Below, in pieces: positions 19,476-27,219 of a stretch of 28,633 nt of DNA. The stretch covers positions 1 to 28,633 of IMG/VR virus record IMGVR_UViG_3300004685_000014. One strand, written 5' to 3'. The position numbers and the translations under genes were made by a program. Every line of letters starts with the position of its first letter. Position 1 is the first letter of the stretch. Source of the stretch: a virus. Lineage: Duplodnaviria; Caudoviricetes. The notes under the pieces were generated by a model. That model saw only the letters and a program-made list of their open reading frames with translations. It had not been told where the DNA came from and did not search any database.

Positions 19476-21295
19476 ACAGATACTACATTAACGACTGCGT
19501 TAGCAACATCTAATTCAATTACATCGTTTTTAATACCATAGACGTTATCTTCTACAGCAGATGTTTCAAATATTATACCAGTGTTATTTAAAAAGTCTAC
19601 TATTGTTATTGTTGTTATATCAATTTCACCTGTTGCATAATTAACAGAACCAATAGATGTGTAGCTTTGTGATCCAGCTTGAATTTGTTCTAGGTAAAGA
19701 GTATTAGTTGTGTTTTGAATCGTGTAGTTTGTTATCTCACCAACACGCTTGAATGTGTTGTTATTTGGATTATAATCTGTGAAGCGATATACATTACCGT
19801 CACTAGCAACAAATTCTGTTGAAATTATTGTACCAGGAATTATTTGATTATTAAATGCTATTGATAATACTTGAGCTTGGCCAAGTATTGGTGTTATAGA
19901 TTTTGCTATGTTGATAGTCAACTGTATACTTGATATACTAGGATCAGCATTATTCAAAGCACTAATAAAATTAGAATATCTAAACGTTGTATTAAAGTTT
20001 TTTAGATAGTTGTTATTATAAGTCTCTGTTGTTGTTAGTAATATCGATTGGATATCTGCAGGTGATAGTTGTGTTTGGTTAAAGTTGACAGCTGCTGTTG
20101 TTGTTGGAACAACATACAATACTGTTGGGTCAACAATCACCGGTGTTATACCTAGTGCATTCTTGTCTTTTAGATAAGTTATAATGTCGTTCTTGACCGC
20201 GTTTGTAACGTTGCTACCTGATTGGCTTAGAGGTGATATAAACACTCTACCAAATTCAACAGAACCACTCACAGTTTCTCCACCGTAGACGTTAACCGCT
20301 TTAACAACTGGAAAATTTTCATATATTAGATTCATGTAATCTGAAGTTGTTATTGCTCTATCTTGTGTTTGGAAGTGACGTGGAGCTCTAAATCTAATCG
20401 TTTCAATATCTTCTTCTACCGCACCATCAACAGATGTCATATTAGGTGTTACGGTTGCAACGACTGTACAATTATTGATTGTTCCAAGGTTTACATCGAT
20501 ATTAAATGATGAAATACCGTTAGCTGCATCCCCTTTTGAAATTCTATATGTTACAAGTATTGTTGTGCCGTTCAACAATTGCTGGCCAAATACACCATCA
20601 CCAAAAACAATTTCATAATAGCCATTTTGAGTTGATTGGATGAAGTATACTGTAGAGTTACTATTCAAACCATACAAGTTAGTTGCTTGAATAAAATCAA
20701 CCGTTGTTTGACCGTTGTCAATTGATGTAGAAACGTTGATACTAGTCGTGTCGACATTTTGGTTTGATAGTATAAAGCGTTGATTATCAATTGTACTATC
20801 AACAACAAATGTCTCGTTAATATATGTTCCTTCAAAAATTGGAAGGTTGGTTGTAGAAAACGTTGATGTTGTTGATGAAAGTAGTGTTGATTTGTCGGTA
20901 GTAAAAATGAAAGATCCGTTTGCATTTGAACCACTAAACTGCGTTCCCTTAGGAATTTCAAACAAACTACTTGTTAGACCAGTTGTTACAAAATTAACAT
21001 CAATTGTTGCCATAGCAGATCTAGCTGATCTGGGTGTGTAGTTCAATTCTTTAGCATGAGAAACAACAGAACTTCTCAATTGAGCTGAATCAAGGAACCC
21101 CTCAGAAACAGCCATATTAAGATAAAACGAGTTGATATAAGAGTTGTATGCCATAATATCAAGTAAGACATTGATATTAGAGCCTTCAAAGTCATAATCT
21201 TGAAATACACTTTGACTTTTTAAATAGTCTTTAAAACTATTTTTTAGAGTATCAAAATCAAGTGATGTTAAATTTATAACGCTGTTGGCTGCCAT
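19472..21295 (-). CDS. gp6: Baseplate wedge subunit gp6 (607 aa)
   Basis: LDFD.LK.....YL..Q..F.DYDFEGS....LLD..AYN, FLDSAQLRSSVVSHAKELNY.PRS, YEI.FGDG..G, E.IE.IRF.AP..F..Q.RA.T..DY and G.VNY.TGEI. Confidence 0.95.
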   Translation of the reverse strand: MAANSVINLTSLDFDTLKNSFKDYLKSQSVFQDYDFEGSNINVLLDIMAYNSYINSFYLNMAVSEGFLDSAQLRSSVVSHAKELNYTPRSARSAMATIDVNFVTTGLTSSLFEIPKGTQFSGSNANGSFIFTTDKSTLLSSTTSTFSTTNLPIFEGTYINETFVVDSTIDNQRFILSNQNVDTTSINVSTSIDNGQTTVDFIQATNLYGLNSNSTVYFIQSTQNGYYEIVFGDGVFGQQLLNGTTILVTYRISKGDAANGISSFNIDVNLGTINNCTVVATVTPNMTSVDGAVEEDIETIRFRAPRHFQTQDRAITTSDYMNLIYENFPVVKAVNVYGGETVSGSVEFGRVFISPLSQSGSNVTNAVKNDIITYLKDKNALGITPVIVDPTVLYVVPTTTAAVNFNQTQLSPADIQSILLTTTETYNNNYLKNFNTTFRYSNFISALNNADPSISSIQLTINIAKSITPILGQAQVLSIAFNNQIIPGTIISTEFVASDGNVYRFTDYNPNNNTFKRVGEITNYTIQNTTNTLYLEQIQAGSQSYTSIGSVNYATGEIDITTITIVDFLNNTGIIFETSAVEDNVYGIKNDVIELDVANAVVNVVSV

Positions 21296-21714
21296 TATCT
21301 TACTCTTTTTAGAATTATATCTAATGATTGTGTTGTTGTATTATTTACCAAAGAAAATATTATAGTTACATTAAAACTAGATGATTCGGTGTCTGGTGTA
21401 ACATCAACTGTTAATACTAAGACACGAGGCTCGTTTTGCTTTAAAGTATTTTTAATATAATATGAAATGTTTTCTGCAGTAACAATATCATTTGGTTCAA
21501 ATAGTGACTTTAATACATCAGAACCAATTGTTGGTTGAAATAGTCTCTCACCAAGGTTCGTTAGTACCAAATTGCGCATAGATTGTTTTACAGCATCTGC
21601 ATTTATTGCGCGTGCAAGTGTGTTATTAACTGGATGTGAGTCAAAGTTGTCTAGAAAATCACTAAAAAATATTTGGTTTGTTAATGGTGTGTTTCTATCT
21701 GATTTTGCAACCAT
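21295..21714 (-). CDS. gp25: Baseplate wedge subunit gp25 (139 aa)
   Basis: AVKQSMRNLVLT..GERLFQP.IGS....LFE, I...L...EPRV and terminal L.R.R. Directly precedes gp6. Confidence 0.93.
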   Translation of the reverse strand: MVAKSDRNTPLTNQIFFSDFLDNFDSHPVNNTLARAINADAVKQSMRNLVLTNLGERLFQPTIGSDVLKSLFEPNDIVTAENISYYIKNTLKQNEPRVLVLTVDVTPDTESSSFNVTIIFSLVNNTTTQSLDIILKRVR

Positions 21715-21732
21715 AGCTTGCCTTTTTTATAA

Positions 21733-21740
21733 TATTTATG
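21733..21740 (-). promoter_or_regulatory. Putative late promoter CATAAATA
   Basis: Overlaps the TAA stop of the gp5C-like gene, 19 bp upstream of the gp25 ATG (RBS AAAGG). Confidence 0.6.
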
Positions 21741-22440
21741 GGTTGACATCAACCTTAGAAGCTTTTATAACAATACCCGATGGAGTAATATTTATGATAG
21801 AACTACCAACCATTAATGTGATTGATGTTGTACTTTGTATTAGTATATCATTGCCAGCAAATAATCTAAATTTACCAGCATCAACTTGAATATCCATATT
21901 ACCACCTTGGTTATTCAAGCCCCACTCACCAGTAATCATCTCATGTTTATTGCCAGTGATTTGAGTAACCATATCACCGTTCATACTGTGCATGACATTT
22001 CCATCATGTTGAGTAGTGTGGTTGCCTTCTGTTGTTGCAAATACATCACCAGACGAATGACCTACTTGTGAATCACCCGATCCTTGTACAGTATGGCCAC
22101 CGCCACCACTATAACTATCACCAGCAGTCTCCGAACTACGTCCCCCATCGCTATTAGATCTCATGGATCCACCAACTTTTTGATCTGCTTGGCCGTCTAT
22201 AGTTTGTGAGTGACCATCACCATGATACCCATGTGTCTTACCAACAACAACTTCAACTCTAGCACCATCAGGACCATGACCATTATAACTACCTGACGGT
22301 TGAACTTCAAAATAAGCTTCAGATCCTGGCTCTAAACTTTTAATAATTTGGCCGCCTGCAGCATCTTGCGAGACATGCAGGTTAGGATAGTTTCCTTCAT
22401 ACGGCAGCTTAGGATGTTTAACATTATAATCCGTTGCCAT
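21736..22440 (-). CDS. Stand-alone gp5 C-terminal part: trimeric beta-helix spike (234 aa)
   Basis: YPNLHVSQDAAGGQIIKSLEPGSEAYFEVQPSGSYNGHGPDG aligns by eye with the T4 gp5C start (YP..H...T.SGH..E.DDTPG.ER....HP.G.Y.E..P.G). This is followed by about 8-aa V.G-type repeats and a VgrG/gpV-like end GSSIINITPSGIVIKASKVDVNP. Confidence 0.8.
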   Translation of the reverse strand: MATDYNVKHPKLPYEGNYPNLHVSQDAAGGQIIKSLEPGSEAYFEVQPSGSYNGHGPDGARVEVVVGKTHGYHGDGHSQTIDGQADQKVGGSMRSNSDGGRSSETAGDSYSGGGGHTVQGSGDSQVGHSSGDVFATTEGNHTTQHDGNVMHSMNGDMVTQITGNKHEMITGEWGLNNQGGNMDIQVDAGKFRLFAGNDILIQSTTSITLMVGSSIINITPSGIVIKASKVDVNP

Positions 22441-22443
22441 CTA

Positions 22444-24084
22444 TCATCCTTTTATTATGTTAGGGCCAAATGTTTGTTCGATCTGCTGCTGTTGTATAGC
22501 TGCTTTTTCAGCTGTAGTCAAACCACCATTGAGAACAGATGCTTTATCTGCAGCAGATAGTCCAGCTGTTAGTTTATCTTCTTGTGCTTTCAATGCTGCA
22601 TCTTCTTGATCGGGTGTTGGTTTTAATGCTGCGCTCATGCTTGATTTTTTAGCAGCTAATAATGCTTGACCTTGAGTAAAACCAGAAAGTGTTTGTGACA
22701 TAGAACCACTAAGAACTGATTGTGGTAGATGTCCACCCACCACACCGTTGATAGAACCGCCTAACCCACCAGGCAATAGCTTCGTTGCTAAACTTAACAA
22801 CGACCCTGGATTAACACCACTACCCAACACCTTACTCAACCCTTCACTCTTTAACAAATCCATGCCACCACCAAGTGCTGATGTTAGTGTACTAGCACTT
22901 AAATTGCCACTTGCTAAAGCTGACCCTAATTTACTTGCCATCGATGCAATAGCCATTCCTTGTAGATGGTCAGTGGGTGATGTGTAATGAGGTTCGGTAC
23001 CACGAAGAGTATATACTTTTGAGGTTGATGGCCCTTGCCACTCAATATAGCCAGGATATGGATCTTGATCAACTGTATAGTATTGCTGTATGTACAAATC
23101 TGGTGGTGATGTTACAACTAGATTAACAGGTGGACGACGAGAGTTTAGTGTTTGTTGTGTTGCTGGTGGAACATAGTGTGGTACTGGCTTGTTTCCATTT
23201 GACACAGCTGCACTAATTGCTGAAGTTAAACCAATTTTCAATGCTCTTTGAATATTAGGATCTAACCCACTCAATCCACCTGATTTTAGTAAACCAGATA
23301 GCTGTCCAACAACATTAGATAAACCAAACTGACTACCAAGAGAACCAACCAATCCACTAATTGATCCACTTAACATGTTAGTTAGGCCAGCTGGACTTGT
23401 AATGTTTAAAATGTTCTTTACATTACTAAAGTTACTGACCATGTTAGGTAATGAAGCACTTAGACTAGATGGATCTACCTGCTTGACCAAATCAAGCACA
23501 TGCGTCCCAGCACCTTTGGCCGCGGATGCTATTGTTGGTATAGAAGGCTCTTTTAGTTTTTTGTCAACTTCTGTGTTGTTGACAATACCTTCGCTTTTTT
23601 TAACACTCTCAACACTTTTGATACCGTTGTTAATGTCATTGATCGTTATTCTACCATCATACAATTTACTGTATGGGTTTTTCATAACTGGTGGGCTTTG
23701 ATTAGTTGCAGCAGTTGGAATGCTGCCTGTATCCTTGTTTATTTCTGGAATGCCATCTGTTGTGCTTGGATCACTAACAGGATCACCAGCTTTACCAAAA
23801 CTACCCATGATAATTGGATATTGCTGATCACGATCGGCCCAGAAACCTACAACCTTCGAACCTTTCAACAAACCAAGTGGTGCTGTTCCTATCTTACCAA
23901 GAGCAGCTGAGGTAACTGGTTGTAATGGCATTGCCCAAGGTAACTGATCATCTTTAACATTCTCTTTATCATCGTAGCGTCCAAATACACGAACTTGCAC
24001 ACGGCCGGATTGGTCGGGGTCTTTAACATTGACTACCTCACCAATCCACCAAGAAAACGAGTTACCAAGATCTCTTTCTGTCAT
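22444..24084 (-). CDS. gp5: Baseplate hub gp5 N-terminal OB-fold protein with non-lysozyme Gly/Ser/Leu-rich extension (546 aa)
   Basis: WWIGEVVNVKDPDQSGRVQVRVFG, LPWA.PLQP.TSAA..KIG..P.GL..GS.V.GFWAD.D.QYP.I.GS is the gp5 OB-domain signature. No T4-lysozyme motif recognised downstream. Confidence 0.88.
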   Translation of the reverse strand: MTERDLGNSFSWWIGEVVNVKDPDQSGRVQVRVFGRYDDKENVKDDQLPWAMPLQPVTSAALGKIGTAPLGLLKGSKVVGFWADRDQQYPIIMGSFGKAGDPVSDPSTTDGIPEINKDTGSIPTAATNQSPPVMKNPYSKLYDGRITINDINNGIKSVESVKKSEGIVNNTEVDKKLKEPSIPTIASAAKGAGTHVLDLVKQVDPSSLSASLPNMVSNFSNVKNILNITSPAGLTNMLSGSISGLVGSLGSQFGLSNVVGQLSGLLKSGGLSGLDPNIQRALKIGLTSAISAAVSNGNKPVPHYVPPATQQTLNSRRPPVNLVVTSPPDLYIQQYYTVDQDPYPGYIEWQGPSTSKVYTLRGTEPHYTSPTDHLQGMAIASMASKLGSALASGNLSASTLTSALGGGMDLLKSEGLSKVLGSGVNPGSLLSLATKLLPGGLGGSINGVVGGHLPQSVLSGSMSQTLSGFTQGQALLAAKKSSMSAALKPTPDQEDAALKAQEDKLTAGLSAADKASVLNGGLTTAEKAAIQQQQIEQTFGPNIIKG

Positions 24085-25319
24085 TATACACCTTCTTGTA
24101 AGCTACCCTTGATTAACTCGATATTACAAGTATATCTTGGTCTCTTATTTGCTTCTGCTATCTCGTGATGTATTCTACTAATTAAGAAGTCACCTGATAA
24201 TAAAGGATCTGTTTGAGAATTGTCAGTTGTACTAACTTTATTTGGTATGTTTGCCGTAACCATGTCGCCAGCTTTCAAGTTAGCATCACCATAGACTCTT
24301 ATCTTCATTGCGTTCTGCATTAGGATCGCTAAAAACGCTTGCTGATCGGCTGTTTGATCAGGAATATGTGTCACTCCTCTTTGGGAGGTGTCAACGGGTA
24401 TAACCGCTTGTGGAGGAATCTTAGCACCTTGATAGTATTTTGATTTGAATTCAGATGAATCGTAAGAACCAGAGCCACCAGTTTTATAATCTGTTGAGTT
24501 AGTGTCTATGTCTTTTGTTTTGTATGTGTGTGTTCTAAAGTCAAAAGACGACACACGTCTCTTACCACCTTGCTCAATTCTGTCTGTTGAAGAAACTTGC
24601 TTTGGCACTTCATAAGCTATAATATTGTTATCTGATTGATTAGAGATGTCGTGATTGACAGCATCAGATTGCTGGAATGTTTTCACAGGGCCTTGTTTAA
24701 ACAACTTTTCTATTGTTGTAAATTTAAATACTTGACTACCACCGCTTCTAGTTTCAAAGAACACAAACGATGATGATTTGTTTTCGTTTGATATACCACG
24801 ACGTCTTGCAATATCAACTGCTTTGTATGGGTTTTGATGTCCTATAACAAGGTTTTGTGTACCTTTAGTATCTTCCATGTCTAACTGCTTTTGACTTTTC
24901 ATATAATTTTGATGAATGTCTTTGATTACTTCAGATATTGTTTGGTTATAGCTTTTTTGAACAAAGTTAGTTTTTGAGTGAAGCGCTTCTTCAGAAACAC
25001 ACTTGATAGTATACATTTTAGATTTTTGTGAACCTGTCATTTTGTTATCATCAAGTGCATGAAGAGCAAATTTATATGTTGCAGATTCACCACCTGGTGC
25101 TTTGAAGGAAAAATCAACTGTTTCATCACCAGTTATTTTCATTTGCCCTAATTGATCATCCGTATCAAGAACAACAATGTCAGCAACGATTCCTGGTGTA
25201 AAAATACTTTCATAAACAGATGCAGAAACAAACGAAGCGGCAAGGTTTAGCGATCCTCGCTGAGAGGAAACTGATAGTGTATCAACTGCTATATCACCAG
25301 GATTGAAACCGTCAGACAT
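24084..25319 (-). CDS. Probable baseplate hub protein, gp27/VgrG-N/Mu gp44-like (411 aa)
   Basis: SVYESIF.P.I...I...D, F.FFET....F.F.TIE.L and C-terminal I.V.GD..L.AGD.V...IP....LSG.FLIS.I.H motifs of hub proteins. Lies between gp53 and gp5. Confidence 0.7.
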   Translation of the reverse strand: MSDGFNPGDIAVDTLSVSSQRGSLNLAASFVSASVYESIFTPGIVADIVVLDTDDQLGQMKITGDETVDFSFKAPGGESATYKFALHALDDNKMTGSQKSKMYTIKCVSEEALHSKTNFVQKSYNQTISEVIKDIHQNYMKSQKQLDMEDTKGTQNLVIGHQNPYKAVDIARRRGISNENKSSSFVFFETRSGGSQVFKFTTIEKLFKQGPVKTFQQSDAVNHDISNQSDNNIIAYEVPKQVSSTDRIEQGGKRRVSSFDFRTHTYKTKDIDTNSTDYKTGGSGSYDSSEFKSKYYQGAKIPPQAVIPVDTSQRGVTHIPDQTADQQAFLAILMQNAMKIRVYGDANLKAGDMVTANIPNKVSTTDNSQTDPLLSGDFLISRIHHEIAEANKRPRYTCNIELIKGSLQEGV

Positions 25320-26197
25320 TACTTTAATAAACTTTTTAATTCTGTAACTAATTGCGATGTATATGTAGAATTCAATACTTTAATTGTTTTCTTGCTTTCG
25401 TTAATATCTCTTTCGTAATCGTATATAGATAGTGGTGTATAATATACAACTTCTTCTAGTGGAATGTTTGTTGTAACTACGTTTGCTGATGTGAAAGCAA
25501 CATTTGTTTGACTATCAACACCATAGAGATAACTTGATCCAGTTATAGTAACAGTATTGTTTGGCACAACTGTATTGACCATATGCTTTAGAGTAACACT
25601 GGATGAATTAGAAACTAGCACTTGGCCTTTACCAGTATCGTTTGTATCAAAAACAATATTAACAACTTCATCTTCTATAAAATTTGTACCGATAGCGGAA
25701 TAAATTACTATTTGATTAGTGTTTATAACTGTGTTAGATTGTACACGCTCATAACCAGCAATAGAAGGCGATCCTTGATAAAAAGGCTGCCAAAATTTAT
25801 GAAGAGTGTTTGACATCGCGTTATAATCACTAACACTTAGTTTTCTTTCATCTTGAAACCAATTGTTAATATAGTATTTTGTTCTTTGTTGTAACGTATA
25901 GATGCTTGTTTTATATTTTGCTTCAAGATAACCATAAAAAACATCATCAGACATATACCAATCATAATATGGATCTTTCATTTGATTTGTTAGATACCAT
26001 ATCCAACTCTTATATTGGTCATTGTAATATCTGTCTGAAAGTTGATCTGGTCTTTCACCTTCTGCAACCTGATAATCATAATACAAGTAAGGGTTTTGAA
26101 GAAGGTTATTAACAAACGTTGCTCTTTCTGTTATATTAACAACAGCATTATTAGCATAGCTTATAATTGGAAACTTATCAAAATATCTATCTGGCAT
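25319..26197 (-). CDS. gp53: Baseplate wedge subunit gp53 (LysM-like) with inserted beta module (292 aa)
   Basis: YF.KFP.I.Y, Y.V.EGERPDQLS.RYY....W...L.N...DPYYDW and C-terminal S.YDYE...NE.K..IKVL. Confidence 0.88.
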   Translation of the reverse strand: MPDRYFDKFPIISYANNAVVNITERATFVNNLLQNPYLYYDYQVAEGERPDQLSDRYYNDQYKSWIWYLTNQMKDPYYDWYMSDDVFYGYLEAKYKTSIYTLQQRTKYYINNWFQDERKLSVSDYNAMSNTLHKFWQPFYQGSPSIAGYERVQSNTVINTNQIVIYSAIGTNFIEDEVVNIVFDTNDTGKGQVLVSNSSSVTLKHMVNTVVPNNTVTITGSSYLYGVDSQTNVAFTSANVVTTNIPLEEVVYYTPLSIYDYERDINESKKTIKVLNSTYTSQLVTELKSLLK

Positions 26198-27174
26198 TAG
26201 AATAATCCTCCAAGGAAGCTTCCACCAGATCTCAAATCAGTTCCTTCAACATCTTCCTTGAGCCAGTATTCAATCTCAAGCAAATCAATTGTCAGTGTTA
26301 CTTCTGTTGGTGCATTTGTATTTTTAAAGAACGAAGGAGCACCAGACGATGCAAAATTAACTGACATACTCTCAACAACACATGGCTTGAATCTGTACAG
26401 AAAACTATCGTCTGGGTAAAGTGATATTTGACACATATTAGGATATGTAAGCAAAGTACCACCAGCATTAGGTGCCATTGCTGGAAGTATGTTAGATCTG
26501 AATGTATTAATGATTTGTCTTACAGTATCTGATTCTTGTGGTGAAGTTGGTGCTAACTTCCATGAGAATTGATGTTTTTTAAACGATGGTGATTTGAACA
26601 ATACGGTTAAGAACGGATTTTGTGCTAGGCCACCAAGTTGAAGTGCTTGTGCTGTATCAATACCAACACCCTGAGCTAGCTTTGTTGCAGTATCTACAGC
26701 CTTACCACCAAGAGCAGCACCCGCAGCAGATGCTAATGATCCTGCAAAGTTTCCACTACTTCCAGCACCATTTCTACCTGCTAACCCAGCTTCCATTGCA
26801 GCACCTTGTGTAGGATCTGAACCAGTTGGATCGTATGATATGTTTTGTGTATCGGTTAGATTGTTAGGAATTGGTAATCTTATACCACCAACAGCTTTGA
26901 GAAATGGTTGATTGAAAATAGAACGTCTTTGATACTCAGTAAATTGGATTGTCATATAGAAGTTACGATTAGCTGACGGATCAATTAGATCGCTTGGAAA
27001 CATTAAGTCTCCTTGATCTTTTGATCTTTTCTGTGCTTCTGGTGTTCTAAAGAATGCTTGCCCAATGATAGCAGCGCCACCAAGAGCAAGAGCTCCACCA
27101 GCAATTGCTTTTGCAGCTGCAGCATTTCTGTTTATGAATTGAGCGCCCTGAACTATCTTGCCGGCAATTGACAT
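26197..27174 (-). CDS. gp48: Baseplate tail-tube cap gp48 (325 aa)
   Basis: I.LPIP..L.D...I.Y, NPF..VLFK.P.F..H.FSWKL.P.S..ES..V..II..F, YP....I, F.PCV.ES..VN and P.EV.LT..L.E.E. Adjacent to gp53. Confidence 0.85.
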   Translation of the reverse strand: MSIAGKIVQGAQFINRNAAAAKAIAGGALALGGAAIIGQAFFRTPEAQKRSKDQGDLMFPSDLIDPSANRNFYMTIQFTEYQRRSIFNQPFLKAVGGIRLPIPNNLTDTQNISYDPTGSDPTQGAAMEAGLAGRNGAGSSGNFAGSLASAAGAALGGKAVDTATKLAQGVGIDTAQALQLGGLAQNPFLTVLFKSPSFKKHQFSWKLAPTSPQESDTVRQIINTFRSNILPAMAPNAGGTLLTYPNMCQISLYPDDSFLYRFKPCVVESMSVNFASSGAPSFFKNTNAPTEVTLTIDLLEIEYWLKEDVEGTDLRSGGSFLGGLF

Positions 27175-27184
27175 CTAACTTCCT

Positions 27185-27192
27185 TATAAATA
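27185..27192 (+). promoter_or_regulatory. T4-type late promoter TATAAATA for the gp4-gp2-gp54 operon
   Basis: Exact consensus ending about 27 bp upstream of the gp4 ATG at 27220. Confidence 0.8.
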
Positions 27193-27201
27193 TTATTTTA
27201 G

Positions 27202-27209
27202 TATTTATC
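27202..27209 (-). promoter_or_regulatory. Putative late promoter GATAAATA for the gp48-baseplate operon
   Basis: One mismatch to consensus, about 27 bp upstream of the gp48 ATG at 27174 (RBS TAAGGA). Confidence 0.6.
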
Positions 27210-27219
27210 GCTGAGCACA

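Noticed and set aside
22438-22446. Stop-codon reassignment or read-through fusing the gp5 halves
   Set aside because: Two different stops in tandem would both need suppression. TAG (gp8) and TGA (gp6, 75-aa gene) terminate other genes normally, and long ORFs are intact under code 11.
118-26813. Numerous plus-strand ORFs of 60-163 aa (e.g. 118-342, 4336-4635, 11771-12262, 14443-14931, 23375-23701) and short out-of-frame minus-strand ORFs
   Set aside because: They lie antisense to, or inside, well-supported structural genes. Their V/L/P/T-rich sequences are the expected shadow of Asn/Thr/Gly codons on the other strand, and they have no recognisable motifs.
19472-27174. Bacterial T6SS, tailocin or extracellular contractile injection system
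   Set aside because: Head-related gp4 and gp2 and T4 late promoters indicate a true T4-like phage.
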